The notes under the pieces: generated by a model | Told to the model about the DNA's origin: nothing | Databases searched by the model: none | The model's input: the letters and a program-made list of their open reading frames with translations, nothing else | Part shown: positions 1-11,762 of the stretch, one piece after another | Layout: each line of letters starts with the position of its first letter | Numbering within the stretch: the first letter of the stretch is position 1 | Program-made: the position numbers and the translations under genes | Assembly: GCA_013265495.1 (NCBI GenBank) | Contig: MU058444.1 | Location: 806,001-870,000, forward strand | Reading direction: 5' to 3' | Source: Vicugna vicugna | Lineage: Eukaryota | Length of the DNA stretch: 64,000 bases

Positions 1-89
1 TTACTTCACTCAATATGATAATCTCTAGGTCCATTCATGTTTCTGAAAATGACATTATTTAATTCTTTTTTATGACTTAGTAGTATTCC

Positions 90-132
<43 letters not shown>

Positions 133-379
133 CACATCTTCTTTATCCAGTCGTCTGTTGATGGACCCTTAGGTAGCTTCCCTGTCTTGGCTATTGTAAA
201 TAGTGCTGCTGTAAACACTGAGGTGCATGTGGCTTTTCAAATTACAGTTTTCCCTGGATATATGCCCTGGAGTGGGATGGCTGGATCATATAGTAAGTCT
301 GTTTTTAATTTTTTTAAGGAAACCCTGTACTGTCCTCCATAGTGGCTGCACCAATTCCCAACAACAGTGTAGGAGGGGT
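1..379 (-). mobile_element. LINE-1 fragment (ORF2 C-terminal region), degraded, continues off the window edge
   Basis: Minus-strand translations contain L1 ORF2 C-terminal motifs (LKKLKTDLLYDPAIPLQGIYP; MFTAALFTIAKTGKLPKGPSTDDWIKKMW) split across separate short ORFs. Confidence 0.95.
92..132. repeat. (TA)n(CA)n compound microsatellite inside the L1
   Basis: Direct reading: about 16 TA units followed by about 5 CA units. Confidence 0.95.
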
Positions 380-380
380 C

Positions 381-1442
381 CTCAAAAGCAAGAATAAACA
401 AATGGGACCTAATGAAACTTACAAGCTTCTGCACAGCAAAGGAAACCAGAAATAAAACAAGAAGAAAACCTACGGAATGGGAGAAAATTTTTGCAAGTGA
501 AACCGACAAAGGCTTGATCTCCAAAATATATAAGCAGCTCATACGACTCAATAAGAAAAAAANNNNNNNNNNNNNNNNNNNNNNNNNNNNNNNNNNNNNN
601 NNNNNNNNNNNNNNNNNNNNNNNNNNNNNNNNNNNNNNNNNNNNNNNNNNNNNNNNNNNNNNNNNNNNNNNNNNNNNNNNNNNNNNNNNNNNNNNNNNNN
701 NNNNNNNNNNNNNNNNNNNNNNNNNNNNNNNNNNNNNNNNNNNNNNNNNNNNNNNNNNNNNNNNNNNNNNNNNNNNNNNNNNNNNNNNNNNNNNNNNNNN
801 NNNNNNNNNNNNNNNNNNNNNNNNNNNNNNNNNNNNNNNNNNNNNNNNNNNNNNNNNNNNNNNNNNNNNNNNNNNNNNNNNNNNNNNNNNNNNNNNNNNN
901 NNNNNNNNNNNNNNNNNNNNNNNNNNNNNNNNNNNNNNNNNNNNNNNNNNNNNNNNNNNNNNNNNNNNNNNNNNNNNNNNNNNNNNNNNNNNNNNNNNNN
1001 NNNNAACATAATGCCATTTGCAGCAACATGGATGCTCCTGGAGAATGTCATTCTAAGTGAAGTAAGCCAGAAAGAGAAAGAAAAATACCATATGAGATCG
1101 CTCATATGTGGAATCTAAAAAACAAAAACAAACAAACAAACAAAAACAAAGCATAAATACAGGACAGAAATAGACTCATGGACAGAGAATACAGACTTGT
1201 GGTTACCAGGGGGGTAGAGGGTGGGAAGGGATAGACTGGGATTTCAAAATTGTAGAATAGATAAACAAGATTACACTGTATAGCACAGGGAAATATACAC
1301 AAAATGTTATAATAAATCACAGAGAAAAAAATGTGACAATGAGTGTGTATATGTCCATGAATGATTGAAAAAATGTGCTGAACACTGGAATTTGACACAA
1401 CATTGTAAAACGATTATAAATCAATAAAAAATGTTAAAAAAA
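381..1442 (+). mobile_element. Young 5'-truncated LINE-1 (end of ORF2, 3'UTR, A tail), spanning the assembly gap
   Basis: Undisrupted ORF2 peptide [32 protein letters not shown] before the gap and IMPFAATWMLLENVILSEVSQKEKEKYHMRSLICGI* after it. G-rich 3'UTR, AATAAA and an A-rich tail ending near 1442. Confidence 0.95.
563..1004. other. Assembly gap (442 N)
   Basis: Run of N characters. Confidence 1.
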
Positions 1443-2204
1443 GTGTCTTTCTATCACTTATGGACAGATGCCCTTCAAACACACAAAGAAAATGATTTTT
1501 CTTCCCCAGGAAACTGCTGACGGAACATCTGCTAAACTCGGGCACTTCTGGTTCCCACTGACTCAAGTCAGAAGGTATAGTGGTACCTACCTCAGCCTTA
1601 AGCTTGGCTAACTCATAACGCCAGGCCATTCTCCAATCCAGCCTACTACTCAATGTGAAGAGTAAGCTTGGGAGGCACTTACATAACACTGAACAAATAA
1701 TACCTATTTGTAAACTGTCTAAACAGGTATTTATACAAGAGATTCTTGACCCAGAGGGTTTTTTTGTTTTTTCTTTTTTTCTGTGTAGACTCATTCTTTT
1801 AAGGGAGAGATGAGCATCATTAGTGAAGACCTGCAAATACATGTTTAGAGTTTTATTACAAATTCATCAACACAGGTCCTTCCCCAGTTGCATCAAGTTT
1901 TTCCTCTATTCTGGAATGTTTTACCCAGTTCTGAGAATGGTTACCTGCTTTGTTCACTCGCTGCCAGGAAATTGTATATGCAATTGAAAACATGCTCCAA
2001 GGACACCCTGTGAGAAAGATGGAAAATCCTCGGTTCAATATGTTAATGTGCTCAGTTAATAAACTCTAGGTTGTGTCCTTTTTGTTAATGTTTCTAAAGA
2101 GCATAGAAGAAATGTCAGACTTTATATAATTGCATCCATGGAAATTTGCAGAGCTGAGTAGACTGGAGATTTTTTAAGAGTTAGAAATGTATGTGAGAAA
2201 TCTC

Positions 2205-2480
2205 TGGTGCAGCCTTGGATCTCAATTTGTTATTTGTACGACCTTGGGTAGTCATATAACCTCCCTAAGTTAAATTTTTCTCTTCTGTCAAGTGTAATTT
2301 ATAATGAATTTCATCTACCTCATAGAATTATTATGGATAACCCATGATATAATGTTTCTAAAACATTTAGAAACAGCAAAGTTCTACGATCATTGAAAGG
2401 GTCAAACTTCTCATTTTAGACGTGAGAAAAATGAAACCCAGAAAAGTTGGTGGCAGGATTGGGACTACTAGCTGTGAGTC
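2205..2480. mobile_element. MIR SINE relics
   Basis: MIR-core-like words: gaccttgggtagtcatataacctccctaag...tctgtcaagtg...tacctcatagaatt and ctcattttagacgtgagaaaaatgaaacccagaaaagtt. Confidence 0.6.
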
Positions 2481-5400
2481 TTAATGAAACTGATGTCACA
2501 GACACATTTATGTTTCCAAACCCACACCTGGAGGTGAATATAAGCTATTCGATTTTTCATTTAATAAATAATTCACGGAACACGTTATTTATTATATGTC
2601 ATCCGTGTTAAAAGAGAACACAAACTCCATGGTTGTTTCCTGAGGGGCTGGCCAAGCCTGAATAAAAGATGGGTCTGTTGAACTGGGGTGTGGCTTTCGA
2701 GAATCTATTATTGCTGTTTGAGTGATGTCACTGGAGAGTGGCAGCCTGCATTCATCTGAAAACGGACCACCCAGTCAATTCCTCGGGTGGGAGAGTCTTC
2801 AGGTCCCTGGAAGTTCCCTGTAACAGCAGGCTTACTGGGTAGCCAGCCAGAGGGAGCGAAGTCCTCAGTGTTACACCTGAGAAGAGTGGGAGGAGAAGGT
2901 TTGCACAGCTTGGAAGATTGTAGGCAGCCTTTTAAATGTTTGATGGTATCTATTAATAACTCTTCCTACCAAAGTATGATCCCCCACTGAGTGATCCTGC
3001 GGTGTTTGAAAAGTAATTAAGCATTTCATAATCCCAATTTCTTCAGTTGCAAAGGGAGGACAATAATTTTCCTACTTGCCTTCCAAATTTCTTGAGAATC
3101 AAGTGAAGTCATAGTTACAAAAGTGCTTCAGAATCTACAATGTGTTATAAATTTAAGGAGAGTTATCCAACCAAAATGCCTCTGTCTTTAGGAAATTCCA
3201 CCCTCTTGCTTAATGTTTAATTTTTTGCTAGTGATCATAGAAAGTATTTCTGTGGAGATATTTTCTTTTAATATCCTTCCTGAACACCTTGAATAATTTC
3301 CCTACTTTTCTTAAAATAACTTTCCATTTCTGTGAAAAGCTTTTACCCTACCAAAACAAGCAACCCACAGAATGAAAGAGATTTCATGTTGATATTTCTG
3401 TTGATTTTATCCTGATAAGAGGGATTGCAGTCCCTGGGAAACACTCGTGATATGACCCAGTCTGTAAATAATTTTAGCAGATTATATTAAACATGACTTC
3501 TTGAAAGACTAGTGACAAGGTATGGAGAGACGTGTTTCTGCATAAAAATATCAGAGGAAGTGCAAAGTGACAGTCCTGGGAAATGAAGAAATATGATAAA
3601 AATTGCTGGCCAATTGCTGGCTTAAATACCTTCTTTGCTCTTGTAAAATGTATGTAGGTAGGGGTTCCTGGTAAGGCTGTTTGACATCCAGCCATCCCTA
3701 GTCCCCTGCCATGTGCCACTAGCTCCAAGGATGATGCCCACATAACAGCACGTCAAATTGGTGTTAAACCAAAGTGATTATCAAGCCACTTCTTGCTTAT
3801 TTCATTTTCCTTCTTTACGTCCTTTGACACAACGAATTCTAAGTTGTTTCATTTATTTATTTATTTCATTTATTTATTCAACAAATATTGACCGCTACGT
3901 ACGTCTATTTTTTTTTTCAAGAAACTTAAAATTGAATAGAGAAGCTGTATAAAAACAGAAAGCTGGGGTCATAAAAACGCAGAAAAGAGTTTCAAAATAG
4001 TGAAGTAGATGAAAATAAAGTCGAAGTCTTCAGACGTGGTAGCGCTTGGGTTGGGCCTCAAAGGATGGAGAAGACCTCGATAAAGAAAGATGAAGACAAC
4101 AATACAGATGTTCAGCAAAACATGAAAATACAGACAGGGAGGTGGGCACAGCCTAGGGACAGGGCAACACAGAGCAGGACACAAGGACAGTGGAGCCTGT
4201 AATTAGTTACAGACGGTCTTGAACATGAGCCTCCTAACGTGCATCTGAGTAAGATACAGAGCCACAGAGTGTGGCGATAACCTGACTATAGCATTTGCAA
4301 AGCTTAGAGAGATGAGTTCCAGGAGTATCTACAGGCTTGGCTCTGATCTCTGCTTCTGCAGTGGAGAGATGGTGTGGTTGTGAGTAGGGCAACCAGACGG
4401 CAGATAATTTTACAATGAGAAACATAAATCAGAAAATGTAGGTATTTGACGAAAGCTCTGAGCTCCCCATTGCCAGCTTGGGAAAGTGACTTGAAGGATG
4501 ATGAAGCAATCAATAGTCTGCTTGGATTCACAGGCGATTCAGAAATCTTTGTCAGATAAAAGATACGGAAATAACCCAGCATTAAAAAAAAAACCTTATT
4601 TCAAATAAAGATTTTCTCAAGGAAAAGGAATAGGAGTGAGGGTAGAGAAGGAAGACCTATTTATTGGAAAAAAAAAAATTAAAACCCTCCCCTGCTCTTT
4701 CTGGTACCCCCTCACTTCCACTCCACCTCCATATGAGAATAATTGATACAAAATAAATGCTTCCATGCCGGGAAGGTCCGTGCAATTCTAGTCAGAACAC
4801 TGAAAAGATACATTAAAGCACACACACAAAAAAGGTCGTTTGCAGAGAAGGACAAATGTATGAGTGAATGAGACTGAAAGGAACAGAAAGCATAAGTCTC
4901 AGAAAATAAAAGGCAAACAAATGTATTATTTTAATCTTATAAAATTCTAAATGATACAGAAAATACACCTGAAGGCTTGTTCATTACTTGGCGTAGCAGA
5001 ATCAGCCTGACAAAGGAAGGGTGAGGACGATTAAGAAGATGGATTATTTCAGACAAAGGGAACGCTCACCATCGTCCACGTCGCCCAGACTGACAACCTT
5101 AAGAGGCTTATGAGGGATATTAAATAAAAATGGGTGGCTGACAGAGTCACACATTAACCAGAGCTGAAAACACCGCATTAACCCAGGTATTTTCAAGTGA
5201 GAAAGAGAGCTGTAACCTTCTCATCTCTCCTGGAATCAGTGTTAATAGAAGGAAGGGAAGAATGTTTATTCAGTGAGAAGAAAAAATACCTTTATATTAT
5301 CAGGTGTCTGCTGGGCTGCTCAGCGCTTTTATGAGTCACTTCACTTATTCCTCCTGGTAACGCTATGGCAAACGTGAAATGTGAAAATAGGTAAATTGTA

Positions 5401-6109
5401 TGAAATACATAATAGGAATTATGAAATAAGTAATTTATATGAAAGATGAAAATAGGTAAGTTTGGTAATGGATTTGGAGAAGGATGTATACAGTAGATGT
5501 TTTTAAAAATCACTCATTTTTAAAAAATTGACAACTTACAATAGTTGTTTTTTCACTATTTTGTCACATAGCAGATTAACAGTTTTTATCACGATAATGA
5601 CAAATCATGGAAAAATGTAAGAATAATCTAATAAACATGCATGCACTTACCAAATAGGTTTTTTTTTAATAGGCAAAAGTGTGTTTTATTTTCTTCAGTA
5701 ACTCTCTACATTTTACATGTTAAAAATTCTGAATTTATCGTGTGGAACTATAATTACATTTAACAGGTCTTCTTCCTGCTGCCTTTTAAAGTTCCTTATG
5801 TATTTATGTAATTTCATGACCAATGAAATGCACCAGCAGATACTCACCAAATGCTAGCAGAAAATTCTGATCATAATTTACGTATATCTTTTGTAGATTA
5901 ATTTGGGGAAGACTTCTATACACTTGAAACTTCCAATTCATTTACTCAATTTTATTCTGTAATCTTCAACATATTTCAATTGTTTTGCATAAAAGTCTGA
6001 CAGATATTTTGATCGATTTCTTCTAAATTTTCAAGTCTCACACTTTTACGTTGTTCATATAAATGAGATCTTTCTTCCATTACATCTAATTAAACTTTTT
6101 ATACCTTTA

Positions 6110-7465
6110 GATCATTCTAGATTCACATGCAGGGTGAAGATGTAACACAGAGAAATCCCACGTGCACTTCTCTTCGTTTCCCCCAGGGCTAACACTGTGT
6201 TAAGGCTTTTGGAGTCTGTACTCAGGAAGAATATTGTTCTGTGGTTTTCTGTTTTCCTGTTCTCTTTGTGTGGTTTTAATATCAAGATAATACCCCGGTA
6301 CAAATTAGAAATGTTGTTTTCTCTTTCATTTTCTGGAAGACTTTGTGTAGAACTGGTATTAATTTTCTTTGAACCTTTGGTACAATTGTCCAGGGAAAAC
6401 ATTTGTGCTTGAAGATTTTGTTTGGGGGAGGTTTTTGTTTGGTTTTGCTCTGTTTCCCGCAATTATGAATTTAATTTCCTTAATATTTGGAGGCCCATAA
6501 AAATCGTCTATTTCGTATTGAGTGAGTGGCAGTAATGTGTGTTAACCAAGGAATTATCCCATTTTATTTAAATTTTCAAATGTATTTGTTAGAGTTGTTG
6601 ATAGCATTTGTTTCCTTACTTTTTCGATGTTTGGAAAGCATGTAGTAATACCTCCAGTTCCATTACTGATATCTAAGATGTCATTTCTGTCTTACCTCTT
6701 TTTTTTTTCCCTTTGTCAGTCTTGCTAGGTATTTGTCCATTTTACTGGCTTTTCAAAGAACATGTGTTTGGCTTCATTGTTCTTCTGTTTACAATTTTGT
6801 TGCTTTCTGCTTGATTGTTATTTCTTCTGCTCACTTTGAGAATAGGTTGCTTTGTTTTTCCTAGGTTTTTGAGGTACAAACTGTATAGATTGACTTTAGA
6901 CTTTTCTAATATATGCACGTAGTGACATGAATGTCCCTGTCATTGCCGCCTTAAATGTGTCCCACAAATCTTGATACACTGAATTTTCATTTTCCTTCTG
7001 TTCACTGTATTTTTAAAATGTCCCTTGAGACTATCTCCTTGACCTATGGATTATTTAAAGTCTGTTTTTTTCATTTCCAAGTGTTCTGAGATTTTCCCGT
7101 TACCTGTCTAGAATTGATTTCAAGTTTGGTTCCATTATGGTTAGAGAACGTACTTTGAATGATTTTAATATCTGTATATTCACTGAGGTCTGTTTAATGA
7201 GTCAGGGTGTGTTTTATCTTGGTGTGATGCTCTGTGGGCACTTGGCAATAACGTACCGTTCTTGGGTGGAACGTTACGTATATATGTTGAGCAGCTCCAG
7301 TTGGTTGATGGTGCTGTTGAGTTCATCTATATCCTTGCTGAGTTTCTGTCCAGTTTTTCTATCACTTACTGAGAGAGGGATGGAGAAATTTCCAACTAGA
7401 GTTGTGCTTGCTTTTTTTTTTTAATTTCTCTTCTTTCAATTCCATCCATGTTGTTTCACATAATT
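6110..7465 (-). mobile_element. Old L1M (L1MC/MD-like) fragment: short 3'UTR piece joined to an ORF2 N-terminal region
   Basis: T-rich antisense L1 texture. Minus translation QSLPENERENNISNLYRGIILILKPHKENRKTENHRTIFFLSTDSK resembles the L1 ORF2 segment ITLIPKPDKD..KENYRPISLMNIDAK. Confidence 0.85.
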
Positions 7466-7479
7466 TTGTAAATTCTCTC

Positions 7480-7850
7480 CTCCAGTCACCAACTCATTTA
7501 CCAGCTTTTAAAATTTCACAGTTCTGACAGGTATGTTGTACTGTTTTGCTGTGGTTTTAATTCATTTTCATGATGACTAATGAAGTTGATCATCTTTTCA
7601 ACTATTTATCAGCTAATCTGATCTCCTCTTCTGTGAAATGCCTACTGAAATCTCTTAGTTGATTTACTATTATGTGGTTCGTCCTTTTCTTATTGGTCTG
7701 TCTAGTTATTCTATATTCTGGACACAACTTATGTGTTGAAAATATTTCCTCCCTCTTCTAGTCTCTTAACGATGTCTTGATAAACAGAAATTCTTCACTT
7801 TCATGTACTCCAATTGAACTTTTTTTTTTAATGGTTAAGGCTTTTAGAAA
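7480..7850 (-). mobile_element. Old L1ME-like ORF2 3' fragment
   Basis: gtggttttaattcattttcatgatgactaatgaagttgatcatctttt...tcctcttctgtgaaatgcct matches the antisense L1M consensus pattern. Confidence 0.75.
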
Positions 7851-8089
7851 TTTTAAAAACACAAGAATGAAGAGTCTGGATACATTCCACGCTTCGCTCA
7901 AGGACTCACTAGAGGTAATGATTAACGAAAGTGATATTTTAGGAAAATTTAATCTAGCAGTAGTTTACAGGATGATCAGGAGTAAAGAGACACTGGAGGG
8001 AGATAGGAAAGGTAGGGGCGGTAGGAAATATTTTCAACTAAATAAGCCTGACTTTCCCTATGGCTTTGGGGGCTGATGAAAAAATAATT

Positions 8090-8360
8090 CGGTTACCAGG
8101 AGGGAAGGGAGTGGGGAGGGATAAATTGGGAGTTCAAGATTTGCAGATACTAACTAATATATATATATAAAATAGATAAACAAGTTCATACTGTATGTCA
8201 TAGGGAACTATATTCAATATCTTGTAGTAACTTTTTATGAAAATGAATTTATGGATGTATATGTATGACTGAAGCATTGTGCTGTACACCAGAAATTGAC
8301 ACAACATTGTGAACTGACTAGACTTCGATAAAAATATATATACAAAAAATAATAATAATT
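8090..8360 (+). mobile_element. L1 3'UTR-only insertion with A-rich tail
   Basis: ggttaccaggagggaaggg...gataaattgggagttcaagatttgcagatac...gaaattgacacaacattgtgaactgac and a tail. Probable target-site duplication (TSD) aataatt(c/t)ggt. Confidence 0.9.
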
Positions 8361-8489
8361 TGGTAAAGTGAAAGGTGTGTGTGTGACCTGGACTTCCTAT
8401 CTAACCAATTGCATATATAGAAGGGCTTTCACTATATAAGCAAAGCTAAATTTTTTAAAAAATGCCTTTCCAATAGGGTGTCTGGTCAA

Positions 8490-8849
8490 TGTCATAGTCT
8501 GCTTGGACTGCTGTAACAGAATACCTCAGACTGGGTGTCTGAGACAACAGGAAATTATCTTTTCACAGCTCTCGGGACAGGAAAGTACAAGACCAAGATG
8601 CTGGCTGTTGAGTTCCTGGTGAGAGCTGTCCTCTTGGCTGGCAGGTGGCCTCCTTCTTGCTGTGTCCTCGCAAGGAGATAGGGCTCTCCTGCCCCTGCCT
8701 CTTCTTATAAGGGCACCCATCCTATCAGACTAGGGCCTCACCCTCATGACTGCACTTAGCTCTAATTCCCTCTTTATAATCCCAAACACAGTCACGTTGG
8801 GATTAGAGGTTCACATCAATTCTGAGGGTGCGCCATGCAGTCTACGGCA
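8490..8849 (-). mobile_element. MaLR solo LTR (MLT1A-like)
   Basis: TG...CA ends, 360 bp, MLT1A-type motifs (ctgctgtaacagaatacctcagactgggt; cttcttataagggcacc). Flanks gtcaa/gtcac form a 4/5 TSD. Confidence 0.85.
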
Positions 8850-9224
8850 GTCACAGTAACTCGGGGACTATTTATGTGAAGGGCTGAGGAGCCTCAGAGA
8901 AGAAACAGTAAGTAAAACTTCTCAGGTTGACAGGCTCCTCTTAAGGCACTGTTGATGGAGAAGACATTTACCAGCGTATAAGGGGAGACTCAAAGTATTA
9001 AGACAATAATTAAGGTTAGATAGAGGAACAATTGTTTCGTTGTTTCAGATTGTTTTCTGGCTCAGCCCCCCAGGATTTATTTCTTTTCCAAGGGGCCTAG
9101 TGAGCGGAGGTGTCATGAAGAGAAGATTGAGAACTCTGTGATTAGAGGAATGAAAGGAAATTGATATCTCAAGGTGGTATACGATTTTGACATTCATAAT
9201 AATAATCATAACCACCATAAGTAA

Positions 9225-9430
9225 CACTTAGTATTTGCTGGACAGAGCCGTAATGTTATTGTATGTTATCTCAGTTAATTTTTATCCATCCCATGATATA
9301 TACACATTAACTTCCCAAACGGCAGACTTGAGAGAAGTTATATAACTTGCCAGAGGTCAGATGGCAAATGAAGGGGTAAATTTAATCCTAGGTATGTTTG
9401 GTCTTGTCGCTCTGAACCCCTGTGCTGTGT
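9225..9430. mobile_element. MIR relic
   Basis: cagacttgagagaagttatataacttgccagaggtcagatggc...tttaatcctaggtatgtttggtct. Confidence 0.6.
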
Positions 9431-9769
9431 TGCCCCAGCAAGTGACAGAGTAAAGCAGGCAGTGGTGAGCACTGTATCCATTCAAGGGTGGTGATGACAG
9501 GGTGGATGGGATGGAGGAGAACCTCATGGCACCAGTCTTGTCTACAGTCTACCAGATCAGGGCTATCATCAGTGTCCATGACAAATCCAAGAGTCACATC
9601 TTGGGAACAAATACTCTAAACAGAAAAGAAATGGCAAGGACAAAGTGGCATTTCGAGAGCACCAGAGAGATGGCTCAACCAACCACTTCAAAACAGAGGA
9701 AAAGCTCTTTAGATGAAGATTCACAAAAGTACACCAAGCATGAGAGTGGTTTTGTGACCTGAGGCAAAA

Positions 9770-9902
9770 GGGGTGATGAATACTTAATCTGATGAGTGGA
9801 GACATTAATGAAAGAAGCTGAGGTCTGTTTAATGAGTCAGGGTGTGTTTTATCTTGGGGTGATGAATACTTAATCTGATGAGTGGAGACATTAATGAAAG
9901 AA
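9770..9902 (+). repeat. 47-bp perfect direct repeat (9770-9816 and 9856-9902) enclosing a copy of 7183-7222
   Basis: Base-by-base comparison; see findings. Confidence 0.95.
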
Positions 9903-10400
9903 ACTAAAAAAGACACAGAGAAATGGAAAAATATTCTGTGGCAACCCCCCCCCCGAACAATCTGATCAGAACAGGAGATCAGAATAGACATTTTCCCAGA
10001 AATGACATAAAAATGTCAAACAGGTACATAAAAAGATATTCAACATGACTAATTATAAGGGAGATGCAAATCAAAACCACAATGAGGTATCACCTCACAT
10101 CTGTCAGAATGGCCATCATCAAAATGTCTACAAATAGCAAACATTGACGAGGATGTGGAGAAAAGAGAACTTTTGTACACTGTTGGTGGGAATGCGAACT
10201 GGTGCAGCTCCTATTGAAAAAGATATGGAAGGTTCTTAAAAAATTAAAAATAGAACTGCCATATAATGCAGCTGTTCTCCTTCTGGGTATTTATCCAAAG
10301 AAAACAAAAACATGAATTCAGAAAACTCTATGTACCTCTTTGTTCATTACAGCATCATTTACAATAGCCAAGGTATGGAAACAACACAAGTGTCTCAATA
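9887..10400 (+). mobile_element. Old L1 ORF2 3' fragment with internal deletion
   Basis: gatgcaaatcaaaaccacaatgaggtatcacctcacatctgtcagaatggccatcatc...gaggatgtggagaaaagagaac...tttacaatagccaaggtatggaaacaac. Confidence 0.9.
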
Positions 10401-11524
10401 ATTGAGGAAGTTCTGGGCATTCATTCTGACAAGTTTGGAAAACGTAGAAAAAGAACAGCTGTAGGCCCATCAGGAGGGAATCCGCTCTTGACATTTTGGT
10501 ACATACCTGTGCGTGTGTGGCCTGTGCACATGCATGTGCACATGAAAATTGGCTTTTGTTTGAGATGAAATTTCTCTTTTGTTTGTCTGTCATTAAAGCT
10601 ACTACTAAACCTTAAAGATTCATGTAGCACAGCCAGTCGTATTGACAAAGCTGATGAAATATGTCAGTGCTATATTAGGCAACACTGAAAATTTTTTAAT
10701 GTTTTATAACCAAACCCGATTTTCAATAACCGGCAATGCTAAAATGAATGCCTTACTGCACACATCCAAAGCATTTCTTCTTATCAAATAAGCTACGTGC
10801 ATATTATGGAATAAAAATGTTCTGAAGTGTTTTAATGAACAACCATAGAGGACAGTGATTGGGCATTATCAAGATGATTTTTATATTTCTTAAAACCCAG
10901 ACCAGATCCTTTATAAATTCTATGCACTTTTTTTTGCCATTTTTATTTTATTTATTTTTTTGGCCGTTGCTATTTGCTAGTTGAATAGAGAAAACTCATG
11001 GCGAGCTAGGAACAACAAATCAAAATATGCTAAAAGCATAAAACAAACTGAGTTAAAGTAAACATTTTTGAGTACCTGAAGGAATCAATTGAAAGAAGTG
11101 CTAAATATTAAAGAGCCACAGGGAATTTTTAGGTAACAGCAATGCAATGATTACATCTCAGCTGACTGAGAAAAAAAACATCTGACTGACGTTCAAATAG
11201 AGATTTTTCAATTTGAAATAATTAAGTGAAACTTCTAGGGGAAAAAAATGATGTGTTTAGTAAAGATAGAATTATAAACCATATAACTGTAGGGTTACAT
11301 TTTTGAATGATTTGATGAGGAATATTTTATTGTTTGATGAGGAATAAAAGATCCCTTGAGTTTTGTGGTGTCATTTTTCCTTAATCAGCCATTCTACAAT
11401 AGAAGCTATTACATTACCTGGATTTGCTAGTCATTAGCACCATTCACCCATTTCCCTCCATTTTTATTTCTTTAGTATATAACAGAACTGGACTTCCCCA
11501 CCCTCTAGAAGTCAGGCACTGCTA

Positions 11525-11762
11525 CAGGGCTGGGACTATGGGGAGGTCAATGAGGCACTTGTTTCTGGTACAAAAGTTAAAGGAAGATGCGAAATCAACT
11601 CAGCAATAAAAAGAAATAATATTTTAATGCAATATTTTAAAACATCAAAATTAACACCAAAAAATCCATCATGATAAAAATATCTAAACATAAATAAAGA
11701 CAAGATAGTATTATTCATTTTTTCTTTTGTCTCAGGCTGCAAAAGGGCTTCGTTTGGCTCTG
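11525..11762. mobile_element. hAT-type MITE (MER96B-like)
   Basis: Ends cagggctggg.../...tttggctctg form imperfect terminal inverted repeats. The body aaaatccatcatgataaaaatatc...taaataaagacaagat...tttgtctcaggctgc matches the recalled consensus. Confidence 0.65.

Noticed and set aside
409..1105. Longest ORFs in the track (185-206 aa)
   Set aside because: They are artefacts of translating through the N gap inside an L1.
9770..9902. Repeat-spacer-repeat pattern resembling a minimal CRISPR array, with a spacer matching a nearby 'protospacer'
   Set aside because: The context is mammalian, there are only two repeats, no cas genes, and the repeat overlaps an L1 end. Junction microhomology fits template switching.
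11311..11346. 14-bp direct repeat tttgatgaggaata (similar short doublets near 41453 and 58497)
   Set aside because: Ordinary slippage micro-duplications with no further structure.
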